NCBI GenBank assembly: GCA_963700145.1
Contig: OY969474.1
Location: 3,680,001 to 3,744,000 of the forward strand
DNA length: 64,000 bases
Reading direction: 5' to 3'
From: an uncultured Acidobacteriota bacterium
GTDB lineage: Bacteria; Acidobacteriota; Thermoanaerobaculia; Multivoradales; UBA5704
The position numbers and the translations under genes are program-made. Numbering within the stretch: position 1 is the stretch's first letter; each line of letters starts with the position of its first letter. A model generated the notes under the pieces. That model saw only the letters and a program-made list of their open reading frames with translations, did no database searches and was not told the origin of the DNA. Of the stretch, positions 53,018 through 62,377 are shown in pieces.

Positions 53018-54253
53018 GTGTTTCGTACACTCTTGCTAGTGATCGCCGCCCTCGCGCGCCTTGCGCCGCCGCTCGCCGCGTTTCTCGCGATGGTGAGCTA
53101 CTCCGCGCAGGAGGTCTCGACCGCATCGGCCGCCGAGACCTCCGCTCTCGCTTTTTACGCCACGGTCGTGCTGCTGGCGGTGGCGGCGCTGGCCCGGCCC
53201 GGCGCGGCGGAGGCGCTGCTCGGGAGCGTCCTGGCAGTGGCCGCCGTCTGGGTGCTGCCGCACGGGCCGCTGCGCGAGGGGACGGTGGCGGCGCTCCTCG
53301 TCGCGCTCTTGGCGATCGCGGCGGCGCGGCGGCTGGCGGCCGAGCGCGGCCGCGACACCCTGCGGCTCGACGTGGCGCTGCCGCTGGCGCTTGGCGCCCA
53401 GGCGCTGCTGCGCAGCGTCGTGCTCCTGCCGCCGCAGCTCGGCGACCTCGGCTGGCGGACGCCGGTGATCCTGCTGGTGCTGCCGGTGGCGGCGGCGGCG
53501 GCCATGACCGTGATCGCGCGGCGGCTGGGGACGGCGCCGGCGTTGCTGGCCGGCGGCGTCGCTGCCCTCGCCGGGCCTGGGTGGAACGTCAAGACGACGC
53601 TCGCGCTGCTCGCCGTCGCGGCGGCGGCGCTGCTGCTGCCGCGCCGCTGGCTGCCGCCGGCGCGCTTCCCGGCGGGGCGCCGGCCCGCGCTGCGGGCGCT
53701 CGGCGCCGCCGTCGCCGCGCTCCTCGTCATCGCGGCCCTGCTCGCCGCGCCGCCCTGGCTGCGCGCCGAGCCGGCCGCGGCGCTCCTCCGCGTCCCCGCC
53801 CCGCCGCGCGCTTCCGTCGCGCCGCTGCCGGGCGACGTGACGCTCGGCGCCGCGAGCCCGGTCTGGGAGGCGGCGCTGCCGCCCGCAACGTTCCGCGCCC
53901 GCACCGTCGTCCTCGACTCGACCCTCGCCAACTCGGCGCCCCTGCCGCGCGGCGCGCGCGTCGCCACCGTCACGCTGCGCGACCTCGCGGGCTCCCTGCA
54001 CGGCTTTCCGGTGCGCGCCGGCATCGACACCGGCGAGTGGGCCGCCGGCCGCGCCGACGTCGCGGCGGGACTCCGCGCCGGCGCGCCGGAGCCGTGGCTC
54101 TCCTGGGTCGTCGGCGACTACATGGCCCGGCGCTACCGCGCGCGATGGACGTTCCCGGTCGCGGTCGCTCCGACCTCCCTACGGATCGAGCGCGACCCCG
54201 CCCTGCCGCCGGAGGTGCTCCTGTCGATCCATCACTTGGAGCTGCGCCCCTGA
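53018..54253 (+). CDS. Polytopic membrane protein of unknown function
   Basis: Multiple hydrophobic helices and a C-terminal soluble domain. Confidence 0.65.
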   Translation: MFRTLLLVIAALARLAPPLAAFLAMVSYSAQEVSTASAAETSALAFYATVVLLAVAALARPGAAEALLGSVLAVAAVWVLPHGPLREGTVAALLVALLAIAAARRLAAERGRDTLRLDVALPLALGAQALLRSVVLLPPQLGDLGWRTPVILLVLPVAAAAAMTVIARRLGTAPALLAGGVAALAGPGWNVKTTLALLAVAAAALLLPRRWLPPARFPAGRRPALRALGAAVAALLVIAALLAAPPWLRAEPAAALLRVPAPPRASVAPLPGDVTLGAASPVWEAALPPATFRARTVVLDSTLANSAPLPRGARVATVTLRDLAGSLHGFPVRAGIDTGEWAAGRADVAAGLRAGAPEPWLSWVVGDYMARRYRARWTFPVAVAPTSLRIERDPALPPEVLLSIHHLELRP

Positions 54254-56391
54254 GCTCCCTCCTGTCGCTCCCGCCCGGCGATCCCTTCCGCGGCACCCTC
54301 GTCCTCCTCCCGTTCCTCCTCGCCGGCTTCTACTGGCTGCAGCGCGCGGTGCGGGTGCGCGGCGGGCGCCGGCTCGCGCCCGCGGGGACGATCGGTGAGC
54401 TCGCCGCCCTCGCGCTCCTGGTCGTCGCCGTCCTGGCGCGCCCGCACCTCGGCCTTGCCGCCGCCGAGCCGGTCCTCGCCGCCGGCCTCGCGCTCGTCCT
54501 CGCCCACCGCGTCGCCCGCCAGCTCCTGGCGGCCCGGCCGCTCCTCGGCCGCGGTGGCTCGCCGCGCCGTCCGTCGCCCGTCTTCTTTGTCCTGCCGCTC
54601 CTCGCCTACCTTGCGCTCGTCCCCTGGTCGGCCGCGCGCCGCCAGCCGGACGGCGACGAGCCGTTCTACCTTCTCATCACCCACAGCTTGGTCCACGACC
54701 GCGACGCCGACCTCGCGAACGACTACGCCGGCGCGAGCTGGCGGGCGTTCATGGACCGGCCGCTCGAGCCGCAGCCGGGCGATCCGGTCGGCCCGCGCGG
54801 CCAGCGCTACTCGCGCCACAACGAGCTGCTGCCGATGGCGCTCGCTCCGGCCTACGCGGTCGGGGGGAAGCTCGGCGCGCTGGCGACGATGGCGGCCTTC
54901 GCCGCCGCCCTCGCCTGGACGACGCTGCGTCTCGCCCGGCACTACCTGCCGGCCCGGCCGGGGGCGGCCCTCGCCGCCTACGCACTCGTCGCCTTCACCC
55001 CGCCGCTGCTGCTCTACGCACACCAGGTCTGGGTCGAGGTGCCGGCGGCGCTGCTGGCGATGCTGGCGCTCGACCGCATCCGCAGCGCCGGCGGCCGCCC
55101 CTGGCGCCGCCGCGACTGGCTCGGCATTGGCCTGCCGATCCTCCTGCTGCCGCTGCTCAAGATCCGCTTCATGCTCGTGGCCCTGCCGCTCCTCCTCCTC
55201 GCCGGGTGGCGCTCGGGGCGGCCGCGCGGGCCCGTGCTCGCGCTCGGCGCCCTCCTCGCCGCGGTCGGCGGCGGCATCCTGGTCTACAACCACATCCATT
55301 TCGGCAACCCGCTCAAGATCCACACCCTGGACGAGCTCGAGCCGACGCGCTACGGCGCGCTCGACTACCTGCTCGGCGGGCTCGGCCTCTTCTTCGACGC
55401 CGGCTTCGGCCTCTTCGCCGCGGCGCCGCTCTGGCTCCTGCTACTGCCGGCGGCTCTCCTGCTCGCCGGCCGCGGCCGGTCGCTCCTCGCCGACCTCGTG
55501 GTGCTCGTCCTGCCCTACCTCCTCCTGGTGCTGCCGCGGCCGGAGTGGTACGGCGGGTGGTCGCCGCCTTTCCGCTACGCGCTGGTGACGCTGCCGCTCC
55601 TGGGGATCGCCGCTGCGTCGCTCTTCGAGCAGCGCCGGCGCGCCGGCGCCCGCTTCCTCCTCGCCGGCCTCGGCGCGCTGACCCTGGTGCTGGCGCTCCT
55701 CTGGATCGCCGTTCCCGGCTGGACCTACAACTTCGCGCACGGCCGCACCTACCTGCTCGACCACCTCGGCGAGCGGCTCGGCGCCGACGTGGCGCGCCTC
55801 TTCCCCAGCTCGGTGCGGCCGCGCCTGGCCACCTGGCTCTGGCCGCTCGCCGCGGCGGTCGCGGTGCCGGCGCTCTGGGCCTGGCGCGGCCGCCGGCGGA
55901 CGGCGAAGCTCGCCGGCGCCGCCGCCGGCGTCACCGCGTTGCTTCTCGCGGCCGCCGCCCTGCCGTTCCTCGCCGCGCGCCTGCCGACGCGCACGGTGGA
56001 GATCGAGGACCCGCAGGTGGAGAAGAGCGGCGGCCACCTCTACCCCGAGCTCTGGGTGGTCGAGCGCACCCGCTACCGCGGCGGCTGGGTGCTGCGCGTC
56101 GGCGAGCGGCTGGCGGCGCCGGTCGTGCCCGGCGGCCGCCGCGCGCGCGTCACCCTCGACGCCGAGTTCATCCGCAACCAGCCGGTCCCCTTCGCCCTCG
56201 ACGTCCGCGCCGGGAGCACGCACCTCGCCACCTGGCGGCCGGCGCGCGCCCGCGTACGCGAGCGGCTGGAGCTCGGCCCCTTCGACTGGCCGGCGGGGGA
56301 GCCGCTGGTGCTCGAAGCCTTCGGGCCGCACCCGCCGGGGCCGCTCAACGGCGTGCTGCTCGACCGGGTGGAGCTCGACTGGGTTGATTAG
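54250..56391 (+). CDS. Polytopic membrane protein, GT-C glycosyltransferase-like (start uncertain, possibly CTG)
   Basis: DGDEPFYL loop motif, many TMs, WYGGWSPPFRY. Confidence 0.6.
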   Translation: MSSLLSLPPGDPFRGTLVLLPFLLAGFYWLQRAVRVRGGRRLAPAGTIGELAALALLVVAVLARPHLGLAAAEPVLAAGLALVLAHRVARQLLAARPLLGRGGSPRRPSPVFFVLPLLAYLALVPWSAARRQPDGDEPFYLLITHSLVHDRDADLANDYAGASWRAFMDRPLEPQPGDPVGPRGQRYSRHNELLPMALAPAYAVGGKLGALATMAAFAAALAWTTLRLARHYLPARPGAALAAYALVAFTPPLLLYAHQVWVEVPAALLAMLALDRIRSAGGRPWRRRDWLGIGLPILLLPLLKIRFMLVALPLLLLAGWRSGRPRGPVLALGALLAAVGGGILVYNHIHFGNPLKIHTLDELEPTRYGALDYLLGGLGLFFDAGFGLFAAAPLWLLLLPAALLLAGRGRSLLADLVVLVLPYLLLVLPRPEWYGGWSPPFRYALVTLPLLGIAAASLFEQRRRAGARFLLAGLGALTLVLALLWIAVPGWTYNFAHGRTYLLDHLGERLGADVARLFPSSVRPRLATWLWPLAAAVAVPALWAWRGRRRTAKLAGAAAGVTALLLAAAALPFLAARLPTRTVEIEDPQVEKSGGHLYPELWVVERTRYRGGWVLRVGERLAAPVVPGGRRARVTLDAEFIRNQPVPFALDVRAGSTHLATWRPARARVRERLELGPFDWPAGEPLVLEAFGPHPPGPLNGVLLDRVELDWVD

Positions 56392-56395
56392 CCCT

Positions 56396-56511
56396 GCCCC
56401 CAGATCCTTCGCTTCGCTCAGGATGACGGAGTTGGGGATGGCGGAGTTGGGGTCGTGCGCGAGATGACCCTTCCTCGTCATCCTGAGCGAAGCGAAGGAT
56501 CTGGGCGGGGG
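56396..56511. repeat. Inverted pair of family A REP-like repeats
   Basis: CAGATCCTTCGCTTCGCTCAGGATGACG ... CGTCATCCTGAGCGAAGCGAAGGATCTG. Confidence 0.88.
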
Positions 56512-57459
56512 AAACTCGTTGCGGTCGTCCCGACGCTCGGCGCGAGCCCCTTCCTCGTCGAATGCCTTTCTGCCCTGCGCTCCCAGGAGGAGGTAGCGGT
56601 CGAGGTGATCCTCGTCGATCAGAGCCCGGCCGGCGTCGAGGTGCCTGCCGGCGCCGATCGCATCCTCCGCCCCGGCCGCAACCTCGGCTTCGCCGCCGGC
56701 ACCAACCTCGGCCTGCAAGCGGCGGACGCCGCCGCGGAATGGCTCGCCACCGTCAACGACGACGCCGTCATCGAGCCCGGCTGGGCCGCCTCCCTGATCG
56801 CCGCCCTCACTCAGCAACCCAACTCTGCGGCGGCGCAGGGCGTGAACCTGCGCCTCGACGACCCCGCCGTCGCGGACGGCTGGGGGCTCACCTGGAACCG
56901 CCGCTGGCAGGCCGTGCAGCTCGGTCACGGCAAGCCGCCCCCACCCGCCACCGACCCCCCACGTGAAGTCTTCGGCGTCTCCGCCACCGCCACCGTCTAC
57001 CGCCGCGCCGCCCTCGCCGCCGTCGCCCTTCCGAACGGCGATCTGTTCGACTCCCGCCTCGGCTCCTGGTACGAAGACGCCGACCTCGCCTCCCGACTGC
57101 GCGCCGCCGGCTGGAGCGCGCTGTCGGTGCCGGCGGCGCGGGCGCGCCACGCGGGCTCGGCGACCGGCGCGCGCGGCGCCGCCTCGGCCCGCCGCCGCTG
57201 GGCGGCGGTCTACGGCAACCGCCACCTGGTGCTCGCGCGCCTCCTCGGCGGCGGCTACTGGCCGCGCCTGCCCGCGCTCCTCGCCCGCGACCTCCTCGAC
57301 CTCTTGCGCGCCGCTTTCGCGGTTGACCCGTCGCGCCTCGCCGGCATCCCGGCCGGCTGGCTGCGCGCCGCGCGGCGCCTTCCCGCCTTCGCCCGCCGCG
57401 GCCGTCCGGCGCCGCCGCTCGCCGAGGTCGAGCGGCTGCGGGTACGCTCTCGGGAGTGA
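56455..57459 (+). CDS. GT2 glycosyltransferase
   Basis: NLGFAAGTN, VNDDA, YEDADL. Confidence 0.88.
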   Translation: MREMTLPRHPERSEGSGRGKLVAVVPTLGASPFLVECLSALRSQEEVAVEVILVDQSPAGVEVPAGADRILRPGRNLGFAAGTNLGLQAADAAAEWLATVNDDAVIEPGWAASLIAALTQQPNSAAAQGVNLRLDDPAVADGWGLTWNRRWQAVQLGHGKPPPPATDPPREVFGVSATATVYRRAALAAVALPNGDLFDSRLGSWYEDADLASRLRAAGWSALSVPAARARHAGSATGARGAASARRRWAAVYGNRHLVLARLLGGGYWPRLPALLARDLLDLLRAAFAVDPSRLAGIPAGWLRAARRLPAFARRGRPAPPLAEVERLRVRSRE

Positions 57460-59486
57460 CGGAGCCCCTCCTCAGCGGCGTCGTCGTCCACTGGCGCAAC
57501 GAAGAGCACCTCGCCGAGCTGCTGGCCGCTTGGCCGCGCGACCCGCGCTTCGAGCTGATCGTCGTGGACAACGGCTCGGAGCCGCCGCTCGCGGCGGCGC
57601 CGCCGGCGCGCCTCCTCGCCCCCGGCCGCAACCTCGGCTTTGCCGGCGGCGCCAACGCCGGGATCGCCGCCGCCCGCGCGCCGCTGGTGCTGCTGCTCAA
57701 CCCGGACGCGGTGCCCGAGCCAGGGGCGCTGGAGGCATTGCTCGACGGCTTCGCCGTCCACCCGGAGGCCGCCGGCCTCGTGCCGCGCCTCGCCGGCCCG
57801 GACGGCACGCCGCAGCACGCCTGGCAGCTCCGCCGCCTTCCCGTCGCCCGCGAGGTCTTACTCCAGGCCTTCCTCGTGCCGCCGCCGACCGGCGAGCGCC
57901 GCGAGCCGCTCGCCGGCACCGCGGTCGAGCAGCCGGCGGCGGCGGCCCTGGCGCTGCGGCGCGAGGCGCTCGCCGCGGCCGGCGGGCTCGACCCGGGCTT
58001 CCACCCCGCCTGGTTCGAGGACGTGGACCTCGCCCGCCGCCTTCGCGCCGCCGGCCTCTCCGTCCTCTACTGGCCGGCCGCGCGCTTCCGCCACCACCTC
58101 GGCGGCACCGTCCCGCGCCTGGGCTACGGCCCCTTCCTCTGGATCTACAACCGGAACCTCGTGCGCTACCTCGGCAAGCACCACGGCCGCGCCTGGGCGG
58201 CGGCGGCGCTCGCCGCGCTGCCGCTCGGCATGGCGCTACGGATCGCCCTGCTGCCGCTGCGCAAACCGCGGCGCGCGGCGACTCGAACGGAAGCGGCACG
58301 CGGGCTTCTCGGCGTCGCCGCCGGCGCGCTGACAGGCTGGCGCCGGCCACGGGCGTTGGCAGTGGAGTGGTCTTGTCATCCCGAGCGTGAGCGAGGGATC
58401 TGGGCGGGGGGCGGTGCGCCAGACGGTGTGGATGCCGGAGGCTTTCGCGCCACCCTTCCCCCAGATCCCTCGCTCTCGCTCGGGATAACTGGGCATGCCG
58501 TCGCCGTCTGCATCGTCACCTACGACTCCGCGGACGACCTCCCCGCCTGCCTCGCGGCCGTCGGCGGGCTCGACCACCGGCCGCTGGAGCTGGTGATCGT
58601 CGATTGCGCCAGCCGCGACGGCAGCCTCGAGCGGGCGCGCGAAGCCGCTCCCGCCGGCATCCCGCTCGCCGCCGTCCAGCTCGCCGACAACCGCGGCTTC
58701 GCCGGCGGCATGAACGAGGGCCTGGCGCGCACGGCGGCTCCCTTCGTCCTCACCCTCAACGCCGACGCCCGTCCGCACCCATCGTTTGTGACTCGCCTCC
58801 TGGCGCGCCTCGAAGCGCCGCTCCCGGGCGGCGCCCGCGCCGGCGCTGTCGCCGGCCGCCTCCTCCGCCCCGGGGATGGGGGACCGCCGCGCCTCGACGC
58901 CTGCGGCATGCGCCTCTCCCCGGCCTGGCGCCACTTCGACCGCGGCTCTGGCGAGCCGGACCGCGGCCAGTACGCCGCGCCCGAGCGAGTGTTCGGCGCC
59001 ACCGGCGCCGCGTCCCTCTTCCGCCGCGAGGCGCTCCTCGATGCCGCGGTGGACGGCGAGGTCTTCGACCCGCGCTTCCACTCCTTCCGCGAGGACGCCG
59101 AGCTCTGCTTCCGCCTGCGCGAGCGCGGCTGGGAGGTGCTCTACGAGCCGGCGGCCCTGGCCGAGCACCGCCGGCGCGTCCTCCCCGAGCGGCGCGCCGC
59201 GCTGCCGCCGGCCGTCAACTACCACTCGCTCAAGAACCGCTACCTCCTGCGCCTCTACCACCAGACCGCCGGCAACTTCCTCTGGACCCTGCCGTTCACG
59301 CTGGCGCGCGACCTCCTCGCCCTTGGCTACGTCCTCCTCCGCGAGCGCTCCTCGCTGCCGGCGTACGCCTGGCTGTGGCGCCACCGGCGGGAACTCTGGG
59401 AGAGGCGGCGCGCCATCCAGTCCCGGCGCCGGCTTCCGTCGCGGGCGATCGACCGCTGGTTCCTCTGCTCGGGGGAGCCGCTGTGA
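57456..59486 (+). CDS. Two GT2 glycosyltransferase domains in one ORF, joined by a REP-derived linker
   Basis: NLGFAGGAN/LNPD/FEDVD, then NRGFAGGMN/LNAD/REDAE. Confidence 0.82.
   Translation: MTEPLLSGVVVHWRNEEHLAELLAAWPRDPRFELIVVDNGSEPPLAAAPPARLLAPGRNLGFAGGANAGIAAARAPLVLLLNPDAVPEPGALEALLDGFAVHPEAAGLVPRLAGPDGTPQHAWQLRRLPVAREVLLQAFLVPPPTGERREPLAGTAVEQPAAAALALRREALAAAGGLDPGFHPAWFEDVDLARRLRAAGLSVLYWPAARFRHHLGGTVPRLGYGPFLWIYNRNLVRYLGKHHGRAWAAAALAALPLGMALRIALLPLRKPRRAATRTEAARGLLGVAAGALTGWRRPRALAVEWSCHPERERGIWAGGGAPDGVDAGGFRATLPPDPSLSLGITGHAVAVCIVTYDSADDLPACLAAVGGLDHRPLELVIVDCASRDGSLERAREAAPAGIPLAAVQLADNRGFAGGMNEGLARTAAPFVLTLNADARPHPSFVTRLLARLEAPLPGGARAGAVAGRLLRPGDGGPPRLDACGMRLSPAWRHFDRGSGEPDRGQYAAPERVFGATGAASLFRREALLDAAVDGEVFDPRFHSFREDAELCFRLRERGWEVLYEPAALAEHRRRVLPERRAALPPAVNYHSLKNRYLLRLYHQTAGNFLWTLPFTLARDLLALGYVLLRERSSLPAYAWLWRHRRELWERRRAIQSRRRLPSRAIDRWFLCSGEPL
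58373..58489. repeat. Inverted pair of family A REP-like repeats inside a CDS
   Basis: GTCATCCCGAGCGTGAGCGAGGGATCTGG ... CCAGATCCCTCGCTCTCGCTCGGGATAAC. Confidence 0.88.
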
Positions 59487-60622
59487 CCGCCGAGCGTCCC
59501 CTCCGCGTCGCCCTCCTCGGCAGCCGCGGCATCCCCGCCCGCTACGGCGGCTACGAGACGCTGATGGAGGAACTCGCCGCCCGCCTCGTCGCGCGCGGCT
59601 TCGAGGTCACCGTCTACTGCCGCTCGCACACCACGCCGCCCGGCCTTACCCACTACCGCGGCGCCGCGCTCGTCGTGCTGCCGACCGTGCGCACCAAGCA
59701 CCTCGACACGCCCGTCCACACCTTCCTCTCCTGTCTCCACGCCGCCGGCCGCGGCTACGACGCGGCCCTCCTCGTCAACTCCGCCAACGCCCTCTTCGTG
59801 CCGCTCCTGCGCCTCGGCGGCGTCTCCGTCGCTCTCCACGTCGACGGCATCGAGAAGCGGCGCGCCAAGTGGGGCCCGCTCGGCCGTTTCGTCTACGCCG
59901 CCTCCGAGCGCCTCGCCTGCGTCCTGCCCGACGCCCTGGTCACCGACGCCGAGGTCATCCGCCGCCACTACCTCGACCGCTACGGCGCCGACTCCGTCCC
60001 CATCGCCTACGGCGTCGACCCGCGGCCCCCGGCCGAAAAAGGCGTCCTCGCCCGCCTCGGCCTCCGCCCCCGCGGCTACTTCCTCTACGTCAGCCGCTTC
60101 GAGCCCGAGAACAACCCCGACAGAGTCGCCGAGGCCTACCGCGCCGCCGGCGGCGACCTCCCCCTAATCATGGTCGGCACCGCCCCCTACGCCGCCCCCT
60201 TCATCCGCTCCTTCACCGAAGGCGCCGACCCCCGCATCCAGTTCCCCGGCCCCCTCTACGGCGACGGCTACCGCGAGCTCCTAGCCAACGCCCTTGCCTA
60301 CATCCACGCCACCGAAGTAGGCGGCACCCACCCCGCTTTAGTGGAAGCCATGGGCTACGGCAACTGCGTCGTGGTCAACGACACCCCTGAGAACCGAGAA
60401 GTCGCTGGCGAAGCCGCGATCTACTTCCAAGCCCACGATCCCGCCAGCCTGACCGCCGCCCTCGACCGCATCCGCACCGACCCACCCCTAGCCCGCACCC
60501 TAGGCGCCCAAGCCGCAGCCCGAGCCGCCGCTCTGTACAACTGGGACTTAGTCACCGACCAGTACGTCGAGTTGTTCCGCAGCCTGGCCCCCCGCCCAGA
60601 TCCTTCGCTGCGCTCAGGATGA
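59483..60622 (+). CDS. GT4 glycosyltransferase (DUF1972-type)
   Basis: GSRGIPARYGGYET, RFEPENN, EVGGTHPALVEAM. Confidence 0.9.
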   Translation: MTAERPLRVALLGSRGIPARYGGYETLMEELAARLVARGFEVTVYCRSHTTPPGLTHYRGAALVVLPTVRTKHLDTPVHTFLSCLHAAGRGYDAALLVNSANALFVPLLRLGGVSVALHVDGIEKRRAKWGPLGRFVYAASERLACVLPDALVTDAEVIRRHYLDRYGADSVPIAYGVDPRPPAEKGVLARLGLRPRGYFLYVSRFEPENNPDRVAEAYRAAGGDLPLIMVGTAPYAAPFIRSFTEGADPRIQFPGPLYGDGYRELLANALAYIHATEVGGTHPALVEAMGYGNCVVVNDTPENREVAGEAAIYFQAHDPASLTAALDRIRTDPPLARTLGAQAAARAAALYNWDLVTDQYVELFRSLAPRPDPSLRSG

Positions 60623-60624
60623 CA
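60587..60624 (-). repeat. Family A REP-like repeat supplying the GT4 stop codon
   Basis: GCCCCCCGCCCAGATCCTTCGCTGCGCTCAGGATGACA. Confidence 0.85.
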
Positions 60625-60661
60625 GGGTCTGGGTCTTCCCTTCGATTCAGGCAAAACGGTA

Positions 60662-60827
60662 GCGGGCAGGTGGGGGGTGCTCGCCCGGGGAGCTCTTCGC
60701 AAGCGCCGGCAACTCCTCCAGCAGGCCGCTGCCGAACCCGCGCGCAGCGAAGCGCAGGCGCGCGCCAACCTCCCGAAGTCCAAGAAGCGCGCGCCGGTCC
60801 CCGGGCGAGCACCCCCCGCCTGCCCGC
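60662..60827 (+). repeat. Structured non-coding element (MITE- or ncRNA-like), copy B
   Basis: 30-bp terminal inverted repeat with one G.T pair (60662-60691 / 60798-60827); interior homologous to copy A. Confidence 0.8.
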
Positions 60828-60925
60828 GGCGATTCACGCCCGCCCACCCCCAAACGCCCAGACCGACAAATACGTTAGAATCAATACAGTGGGAGTGGCT
60901 GCAGTAGGCCCCTGATTTAACTTTC

Positions 60926-62377
60926 ATGCTGAAAGAGCGAGCCCGGATCCTGACGGTCGGCATCTTCCTGCTCGACCTATCCCTAGTCGCCGCCGCCTTC
61001 CTCCTCTCCTGGCTCCTCCGCAACGGCCCCCTCCCCTCCTGGGCCCCCGGCACCTTCCCCAGCCGCCTCTACCCCCTCTCCGAGTACCTGACCCTCCTCC
61101 CCCTGGCCTTGGCCATCTGGGGCGTCCTCCTCCTCTCCTCGGGCCGCTACCGCTCGCACCGCACCGTCCCCCTCCTCGACGAGGCCCTCGCCGTCATCCG
61201 CGTCTGCGTCCTCGGCGCCGCCCTCTTCACCCTGAGCCTCTACGTCGGCCGCTTCGACGAGAGGCTCCTCGGCGACCGCATCAGCCGCTTCTGGGTCCTC
61301 CTCTTCGCCGTCTTCTCCTGCCTCTTCCTGCTCACCGAGAAGCTGGCGATCCGCCTCACCTCGCGCTACGTCCGCTTCCGCGGCCTCAACTACCGCACCG
61401 TCTTGATCGTCGGCACCAACGAGACCGCGCTCGAGATCGCCGAGTCCATCCAGTCCCACCGCTTCTGGGGCTTCCGCGTCCTCGGCTTCGTCGGCAACGG
61501 CCCGCCGCCGGGGGACTCCTGGCGCGGCCGCTTCGCCGTCCTGGGCGACCTCGACGACATCCCGCGCATCGTCGAGCAGCACGTCGTCGACGACGTCATC
61601 TTCGCGGTCAACCGCCGCGACCTCGACCTCCTCGAGGACCTCTTCCTCTCGCTCCAGGAGCAGGGCATCCGCACCCGCTTCGCGATGAACCTCTTCCCCA
61701 ACGCGCGGGCGAAGATGGAGCTCGAGGAGCTGGACGGCATGCCGCTCCTCTCCTTCTCGACCACCCCGACCGGTGTCCTCCAGCTCATGGGCAAGCGCGT
61801 CCTCGACGTGGCGGTCTCGGCGCTCATCCTGGCCCTCGCCGCGCCGGTCGTGCTGACGATCGCCCTGGTCATCAAGCTGACGTCAGGGGGCAACGTCCTC
61901 TTCCGCCAGACCCGCTGCGGCCTCAACGGCCGCTCCTTCACCCTCTACAAGTTCCGCACGATGGTGGAGGGCGCCGAGGAGCGGCGGCGCGAGCTGCTGC
62001 ACTTGAACGAGATGAACGGCCCGGTCTTCAAGCTGCGCAGCGACCCCCGCGTCACGGCCTTCGGCCGCTTCCTACGCAAGTTCAGCCTCGACGAGCTGCC
62101 GCAGCTCTGGAACGTGCTGCGCGGCGACATGAGCCTGGTCGGGCCGCGGCCGCCGATCCCCGAGGAGGTGGCGCGCTACCAGCGCTGGCAGCGGCGGCGG
62201 CTGGCGATGAAGCCGGGTCTCACCTGCCTCTGGCAGATCAGCGGCCGGAACAACCTCGACTTCGACCGCTGGATCGAGCTCGACCTGCAGTACATCGACT
62301 CCTGGACGCCGCTCCTCGACCTCAAGATCCTGCTCAAGACGATCCCGGTCGTCCTTTCCGGGAAGGGCGCTTCTTAG
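60926..62377 (+). CDS. Polyprenyl-phosphate sugar phosphotransferase (WcaJ/WbaP-like)
   Basis: KRVLD, YKFRTM, SLDELPQLWNV, SLVGPRP. Confidence 0.93.
   Translation: MLKERARILTVGIFLLDLSLVAAAFLLSWLLRNGPLPSWAPGTFPSRLYPLSEYLTLLPLALAIWGVLLLSSGRYRSHRTVPLLDEALAVIRVCVLGAALFTLSLYVGRFDERLLGDRISRFWVLLFAVFSCLFLLTEKLAIRLTSRYVRFRGLNYRTVLIVGTNETALEIAESIQSHRFWGFRVLGFVGNGPPPGDSWRGRFAVLGDLDDIPRIVEQHVVDDVIFAVNRRDLDLLEDLFLSLQEQGIRTRFAMNLFPNARAKMELEELDGMPLLSFSTTPTGVLQLMGKRVLDVAVSALILALAAPVVLTIALVIKLTSGGNVLFRQTRCGLNGRSFTLYKFRTMVEGAEERRRELLHLNEMNGPVFKLRSDPRVTAFGRFLRKFSLDELPQLWNVLRGDMSLVGPRPPIPEEVARYQRWQRRRLAMKPGLTCLWQISGRNNLDFDRWIELDLQYIDSWTPLLDLKILLKTIPVVLSGKGAS

Noticed and set aside
52963-54249. N-terminal part of the 1142-aa ORF
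   Set aside because: It is a shadow of the 53018-54253 membrane protein; only the part from about 54250 looks like real coding sequence.
62334-62377. 44-bp convergent overlap of the sugar transferase and decarboxylase 3' ends
   Set aside because: Short tail-to-tail overlaps are common in GC-rich genomes.
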